Origin: a virus
Lineage: Duplodnaviria > Caudoviricetes
Direction: 5' to 3' (one strand)
DNA length: 64,000 nucleotides
Virus record (IMG/VR): IMGVR_UViG_2802429321_000001
Span: 11,590 to 75,589 of that record
Positions 59,435 through 64,000 of this stretch are shown piece after piece (position 1 is the first letter of the stretch; every line of letters begins with the position of its first letter). The notes beneath the pieces are model-generated. The model ran no database searches. It was not told the origin of the DNA and saw only the letters and a list, made by a program, of their open reading frames with translations. Made by a program: the position numbers and the translations under genes.

Positions 59435-60468
59435 GCGGTCTTGCCTCCTTCGATGACGAGCCAGGTCTCGGCGGACGAGGCTGTCTGCTCGGCTGCTGCG
59501 GCTTGAGCGGCGGCGTACTGGGCGCGGAACGGGTCATCGGGCGCTAGTGCGGCGAGTGCCTTGTCCATGCGCTTCGAGCCGCTCCCGACTGGGCCAACTG
59601 GCCGGGCGGGGCTTGCTGGCCGGTTCATGACCTCGTTGACGACGCTGGGCAGTGTTGAGGGATGGAGGGCCTTGCGTGCCCACTCGAGCAGGCCAGCCTG
59701 GACGTCGCTGTGGTCGATGCCTTCTTCGAGCATCGCTTTGACGTTCTTGCTGATCTGCCCGATGACGTTGCCGGGTGGGCGCTTGCGGCAGGTGTCGATC
59801 CAGGCGCCAACGATCTGCTGGGTGCCGGGCGCCTCGCGCCCCACCGTAGGTGGAGTCTTTTGTTCTTTCTTCTGGGTTGTACGTAGTACAACCCCCTCAA
59901 ATTGGCTTGGCGCATCGGCTGGGCTATCCGATAGCGCATCGGATAGCCTATCTACCTGGGGAAACGCTGAACTTGGCATCTGTTCGTCGATCTGGACGCT
60001 GGTCGGGTCGCTCGCCGCCCTGGATAGCCCATCCGATGCCGTATCGGATGGGCTATCCGTCAGGAAGTTGACGGGCAGGTCGAGCCTGCTGAACTCGTCG
60101 GCCAGCACCCGGCGCAGGGCTGGCGAGACGAGTTCCTCGGCGGCCCGAAAGATCACGGGGCGCCGCTTGCTGTTGCGGTGGCCGCCGTCCCACTTCACGA
60201 ACGAGCGCACGAGGAGCTCCTCGGTGTTGCGGTCGAACGCGATGAACCGCTTGGCGGCAAGCGTGGTCAAGGCCGAGGTAACGCCCTGGATGTCCGTATC
60301 TGCGGCGAGGTCCGCCCAGCGGCGGACGGTCAAGGGGAGCGTGCCGGCCGCGCTAATGTCTGGTTGCGTGACGAGCAGCAGGTACATGCGCTGCGCGGCC
60401 GAGTCGAGCCCGCGAAACTCGCGGTTGCGCCAGATTGACGTCATGAGACGGGCGTAGGAGCGGGCCAT
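59431..60468 (-). CDS. Replication initiator / replisome organiser
   Basis: MARSYARLMTSIWRNREFRGL...YLLLVTQPDISAAG; internal S/D/P-rich palindromic segment. Confidence 0.7.
   Translation of the reverse strand: MARSYARLMTSIWRNREFRGLDSAAQRMYLLLVTQPDISAAGTLPLTVRRWADLAADTDIQGVTSALTTLAAKRFIAFDRNTEELLVRSFVKWDGGHRNSKRRPVIFRAAEELVSPALRRVLADEFSRLDLPVNFLTDSPSDTASDGLSRAASDPTSVQIDEQMPSSAFPQVDRLSDALSDSPADAPSQFEGVVLRTTQKKEQKTPPTVGREAPGTQQIVGAWIDTCRKRPPGNVIGQISKNVKAMLEEGIDHSDVQAGLLEWARKALHPSTLPSVVNEVMNRPASPARPVGPVGSGSKRMDKALAALAPDDPFRAQYAAAQAAAAEQTASSAETWLVIEGGKTA
59857..60058. other. Candidate replication origin inside initiator gene
   Basis: Perfect IRs of 9, 11 and 16 bp (59874-59894, 59922-59948, 60022-60058) next to a T-rich tract. 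Confidence 0.6.
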
Positions 60469-61472
60469 CAGTCCACCGTCCACGGGTCGCTGCCAATGCT
60501 GGGGACGATGTAGGAGTAGGTGTACTCGGTCTCCCTGGCCCCAATGACCTGCAGGCTTCTGATCATGTAGCTCAGCAGGTCGCCCTGCGACCAGTTGTTG
60601 CCCAGGTGTGCGGACAGCTCGTTGATGATCTGCTGACGTAGCCGCTTGAGGGTCTCGGGGGACAGCTGCAGTAGGAGTGAGCTGGCCGCGTTCTCAAGCG
60701 TCGACGCCTTGTCGGCTAGTTCACCGATGGCCCCGAGTACTCCCCATTCGGTGCTTGAGAGGTTCGGCTGCTCCCCGTCTTCCTGGTAGCTGATCCTGGT
60801 CTTGAGCTCAATCTCGCGCAGTTCATCGTCATGAGAAATGTCAAGGTAACCAAGCAGTAGGTTGGCAAGCTCGTTCGGCTCGCGGATGGCATCTTCCTTC
60901 TGATTTTCAAGGTTTGCATCAACCAGGTGTCGTGTCTCTTCCTGAAGGCTGGCAACCAGGTTCCAGGCGATCCCGCATGCGTATCGGAACACGTTCTCGT
61001 TGGCGACACGATTGACGGGCATTGCCTTATCGATGCAGTCAAGCAGGATCGGTACCGGTAGGCCGGCAGCCACGAAGTTGTCAACTGAGTGCTCCCACCC
61101 CCCGGGTAGGGCGATTGCCTGTCCTCCGCGGGGCCACTGGTTCCAGCGTTCCTCGAACGCTCGATGGTGTATCGAGCGGGTCTCGAACTGTCGGAGCATC
61201 TGCTGAGCAGCAGCCTGTTGCGCACGGGCCCAGCGGAGCGCGTCCTGGGCAACATCGGCGACGAAGGGAGCGTCGGGACTAGATGAGGTCTTGCCTGAGT
61301 TGCAGTCACGGCAGGCGGTGACGAGGTTGCTTGGCTCGTCGGAGCCGCCGAGCGCCACAGGCGTGACGTGGTCGATGGTCAGTTTGGTGTTGGAGGCTGT
61401 CGCGCCGCAGTAGCGGCAAGAGTGGCTGTCACGCCGGAAGATCTCGAAGCGTAGGCGCTTGCTCACGCTCAT
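60468..61472 (-). CDS. HNH endonuclease with long C-terminal domain
   Basis: Start re-called; SKRLRFEIFRRD..CRYCG...IDHVTPVALGG....NLVTACRDCNSGK; lower GC. Confidence 0.85.
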   Translation of the reverse strand: MSVSKRLRFEIFRRDSHSCRYCGATASNTKLTIDHVTPVALGGSDEPSNLVTACRDCNSGKTSSSPDAPFVADVAQDALRWARAQQAAAQQMLRQFETRSIHHRAFEERWNQWPRGGQAIALPGGWEHSVDNFVAAGLPVPILLDCIDKAMPVNRVANENVFRYACGIAWNLVASLQEETRHLVDANLENQKEDAIREPNELANLLLGYLDISHDDELREIELKTRISYQEDGEQPNLSSTEWGVLGAIGELADKASTLENAASSLLLQLSPETLKRLRQQIINELSAHLGNNWSQGDLLSYMIRSLQVIGARETEYTYSYIVPSIGSDPWTVD

Positions 61473-61509
61473 GTTGGCCTCCTTGGGCAGGTAGGGCTGG
61501 AGGCGGTTG

Positions 61510-62124
61510 TCAAGCCGCGGTGGACTGGTTGTGCTGGCTGGATCGACGGAGCGCCGTATCGAGGGATGCCTCGGTGACGCCGAAGAGTTCGGCGACGTGG
61601 TCGTGCTGGACGCCGTACGACAGGAGCGCTCGGGCGTCTTGAACGTCGATCTTCGGCATGCCCCGCCTGCTTGCGGTTGCGCCGAGGTCAGGCTGTGCTG
61701 ACGGGTTGTCGATGGTGTCGTCGTCCCACGCCAGCGGCGGGGGCCACCCAGCCTGTTCAGCGAGCTCACGTGTGCGAGCGTGCGGGCCACACGTCATTGA
61801 GAGCTGGTCGTAGAGGGCAGCGATTGACTGTGCGGTCTTGATGGAAACGGTGGAGCGGCCGAAGACCTTGTGGAGGCTGCGGCCGTGGCTGTGTCCGAGG
61901 AGCAGTGCGATGTGCTGGATGCTGTGCCCCATCCTGCACAGGGCGCGGAGTCGACGGTGGGTCCCGGTCGAGTCGACGATGCGCCTTTCGGCCCGTCCTT
62001 CACGGTGCCTCTTGCGGTGCAGGCGTCGTGCTTCGCGGGCTTCTGCGCAGCGACATCCGTGGTAGGTGTAGGCGGACATGGTGCCGTGTTTGGAGGCTGG
62101 GCAGTTACTGCGGTCGATGCTCAC
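61510..62124 (-). CDS. Actinophage DNA-binding protein (HGT..CRC plus HTHs)
   Basis: HGTMSAYTYHGCRC, RRLRALCRMGHS, WDDDTIDNP. Confidence 0.65.
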   Translation of the reverse strand: MSIDRSNCPASKHGTMSAYTYHGCRCAEAREARRLHRKRHREGRAERRIVDSTGTHRRLRALCRMGHSIQHIALLLGHSHGRSLHKVFGRSTVSIKTAQSIAALYDQLSMTCGPHARTRELAEQAGWPPPLAWDDDTIDNPSAQPDLGATASRRGMPKIDVQDARALLSYGVQHDHVAELFGVTEASLDTALRRSSQHNQSTAA

Positions 62125-63215
62125 GCGGCACCTGCCGTGGTGTCCGGCTGCCTGGTCGGCAGGTCATCGGGGTGACCAATCGAGCTGTTGGGCCACGGAG
62201 CGAGCTGGACGCTGCCGTCTTCCATGAGGAGCACGTAGTCGTGGCCGATGCTCGGGTGGTAGATCAGGGCCGGGACCGCGGCGGGGTCGCGGTGGGATGG
62301 GACGATCCAGCCCTTGTCTTCATACTCGGCACGCTTGCCGTTCGTGTTGGTGACATCAAGGTGACAGGGAGCACACAAGTCCAAGCCGTTGTTGGCACAC
62401 CATTTGCCGCCTTGGGAGCGGTTCTTGCGGTGGTGCCACTCGGTGGCGCGAGCGTTGCTGCAGCGTTCACACACGCGCCCGCTACGTGCGTAAACGATCT
62501 CGCGTGCCCGGTTCTCGCCCTCATGGGCGCGGTTGCTCGAACGGCCTGGCTTCCGTCGCGGTACGCCGGCCCTATCAAGTGCCTCAGCGATTCGTCCGGA
62601 GGTGACACGCCATTCCCGCGCGAGTGACTGAAGACTTCGGCCCGTCTGGTACTTATCTCCGATCTCTCTGTCGTTGAGGACGGTGGCGTAGTCGGTGGAC
62701 GTCCTCATGACCACGCCAGCAGCGGCGAGCCGCCGGTATACGTTGGAGGCGTCAATGCCTACGATTCCAGCGATTTCAACTGTCGTCAGACCAGACTCGT
62801 AAAGGTCGCGCATCCGATTGACTTCGTCTCGGCGTTGCGCTTCGCGCGCAAGGCGACGCTGAGCCTTCTCCATGGCGGCGCGTCCTTGGTATGGTGCGAA
62901 TCGACGTACGCCGGGGGTGCGGCCTGGGCTCTTCTTGAGGTTGCCGTGGCGTGCCTCGTGCTCCCCCGGCGTCAGAATTTCGAGGTTCTCGGGTCGGTTG
63001 TCGTCCTTCACCTCGTTGCGATGGTGGACGTGAAACCGTGGATGTGGACGACCGGCTACGAGGCGGTGCTCGTACTCCTCGACGTACTGCTGGGTACCGA
63101 CGAGCCAGCGCAGTCGGATGTAGCCCCGGCCATCGCGGTAACGCCTTGGCGTTGCTTCAGGAAGCGGTTCGTCCCAGCGGAGTGTTCGGATCGTTGCCAT
63201 TCGTGAGCGCTTCAC
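62121..63215 (-). CDS. Double HNH fusion protein with central HTHs
   Basis: N-terminal HRLVA...VHHRNEVKDDNRPENL; C-terminal CERC...WHHRKNRSQGG...LCAPCH; start re-called at GTG 63215. Confidence 0.8.
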   Translation of the reverse strand: MKRSRMATIRTLRWDEPLPEATPRRYRDGRGYIRLRWLVGTQQYVEEYEHRLVAGRPHPRFHVHHRNEVKDDNRPENLEILTPGEHEARHGNLKKSPGRTPGVRRFAPYQGRAAMEKAQRRLAREAQRRDEVNRMRDLYESGLTTVEIAGIVGIDASNVYRRLAAAGVVMRTSTDYATVLNDREIGDKYQTGRSLQSLAREWRVTSGRIAEALDRAGVPRRKPGRSSNRAHEGENRAREIVYARSGRVCERCSNARATEWHHRKNRSQGGKWCANNGLDLCAPCHLDVTNTNGKRAEYEDKGWIVPSHRDPAAVPALIYHPSIGHDYVLLMEDGSVQLAPWPNSSIGHPDDLPTRQPDTTAGAA

Positions 63216-63439
63216 AGGGAACCTCCAATCGGGAGTGCACGGCGGAGGCGAGCGGTGTCCTGGGTGATGCGGGTGAGTGCCCGGTGCTCGGCGACGATCC
63301 GGGCGAGTTCCTCCTCGCGGCCTTCCCAGCCCGCGTGGGCGGGGCTGGTGAGACCAAACAGGCGCCGGGCCAGTACCGCGCACCACGCGGCCTCACCTAC
63401 CGTGGCGAGCGCGATCACGACCACGAGTGCGCTATCCAC
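63212..63439 (-). CDS. Small membrane-anchored protein
   Basis: N-terminal hydrophobic helix. Confidence 0.55.
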   Translation of the reverse strand: MDSALVVVIALATVGEAAWCAVLARRLFGLTSPAHAGWEGREEELARIVAEHRALTRITQDTARLRRALPIGGSL

Positions 63440-63731
63440 GCGCGCTCACCCCACTGACCGAACTGGACAGGTGCGGCCGTCGTGCGCGGATGGCATCGAC
63501 AACCAGCGCGCCGTGTCGATCCGCGAGGATCACCGCCAGGTCCCCGCCGGTCAGGGCCTTCTGAAGATCGGCGATGTCCACTGCCAGGGTGGGTTTCCGG
63601 CCGGTGCGGATCTTCCAGGCGATGTCCCGTTCGATCCGGACCTTCGAGCAGGGCGGGCACAAGCGGGTCCGGTGACGACGGTGCCGCCACACCGCGGCGA
63701 GAGTGCCGTGCTGGATGGGCGGAGTGTTCAT
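63432..63731 (-). CDS. Small Zn/HTH-like protein
   Basis: QHGTLAAVWRHRR...LCPPC. Confidence 0.6.
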   Translation of the reverse strand: MNTPPIQHGTLAAVWRHRRHRTRLCPPCSKVRIERDIAWKIRTGRKPTLAVDIADLQKALTGGDLAVILADRHGALVVDAIRARRPHLSSSVSGVSARG

Positions 63732-64000
63732 GCCGCCGCCTTCTCTGTGCCGTCAAGCCACGCGAGCATCGACCGCAGGCTCCGGTCGACTGGGACCATC
63801 GCGGCTAGTAGCACCGCGAGAGCCATTGCCGCAGCAGCATCACCCTGTGACTGGGCCTTGTGTGTGGCGAGGAGATTCCGTGCCTGCCGGAAGGCGGCCA
63901 GTACCTCGCTGCGCTCCATCATGTGCACCGACCAGGCGAGGTTGACTGCGATTGGGACCATTGCGTCGGTGAGCGGGTCACCGGTGAGGGAGGTACTCAT
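63728..64000 (-). CDS. Conserved actinophage hypothetical protein (ATG at window edge)
   Basis: LAVLLAAMVPVD...LAW motif. Confidence 0.55.
   Translation of the reverse strand: MSTSLTGDPLTDAMVPIAVNLAWSVHMMERSEVLAAFRQARNLLATHKAQSQGDAAAAMALAVLLAAMVPVDRSLRSMLAWLDGTEKAAA

Noticed and set aside
1-64000. tRNA, rRNA, cas genes, integrase, ParA, endolysin/holin, IS transposase, reverse transcriptase
   Set aside because: No recognisable motifs by eye; some may lie outside the window, and a tRNAscan/HMM run is needed to be sure.

Overview
The whole 64 kb is one GC-rich actinomycete siphovirus-type phage or prophage, with no host genes visible and both ends cut by the window. Most genes are on the minus strand. 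Positions 1-19.9 kb hold an HK97-like morphogenesis module: tail fibre, minor tails, Dit, a 1365-aa tape measure with a C-terminal lytic transglycosylase, frameshifted tail chaperones, major tail, head-tail genes, capsid, protease, portal, terminase and an HNH. Positions 20-32 kb hold late and accessory genes: HNH, glycosyltransferase, PIG-L deacetylase, an Acb2/Tad1-like protein and a GH26 hydrolase. Positions 32.4-43.6 kb form a mostly plus-strand island. It carries a Streptomyces-plasmid-type conjugation kit (TraB-like FtsK ATPase, DUF2637/Spd-like membrane proteins, a GntR KorA/TraR-like regulator, dense GTCCCC repeats) and three stand-alone HExxH peptidases. At its end is a small ORF + HTH operon followed by three type I-E CRISPR-like repeats with short spacers; there are no cas genes in the window. 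Positions 43.8-64 kb hold early genes: RusA, LuxR and XRE HTHs, WhiB, a dual-frame C5 methyltransferase, many tiny ORFs joined by repeated junction sequences, a replication initiator with internal palindromes, and HNH nucleases. No integrase, ParA, lysin or tRNA was recognised. All protein assignments come from motif recognition by eye, not database searches, and many start codons were re-called downstream of the ORF-track starts.
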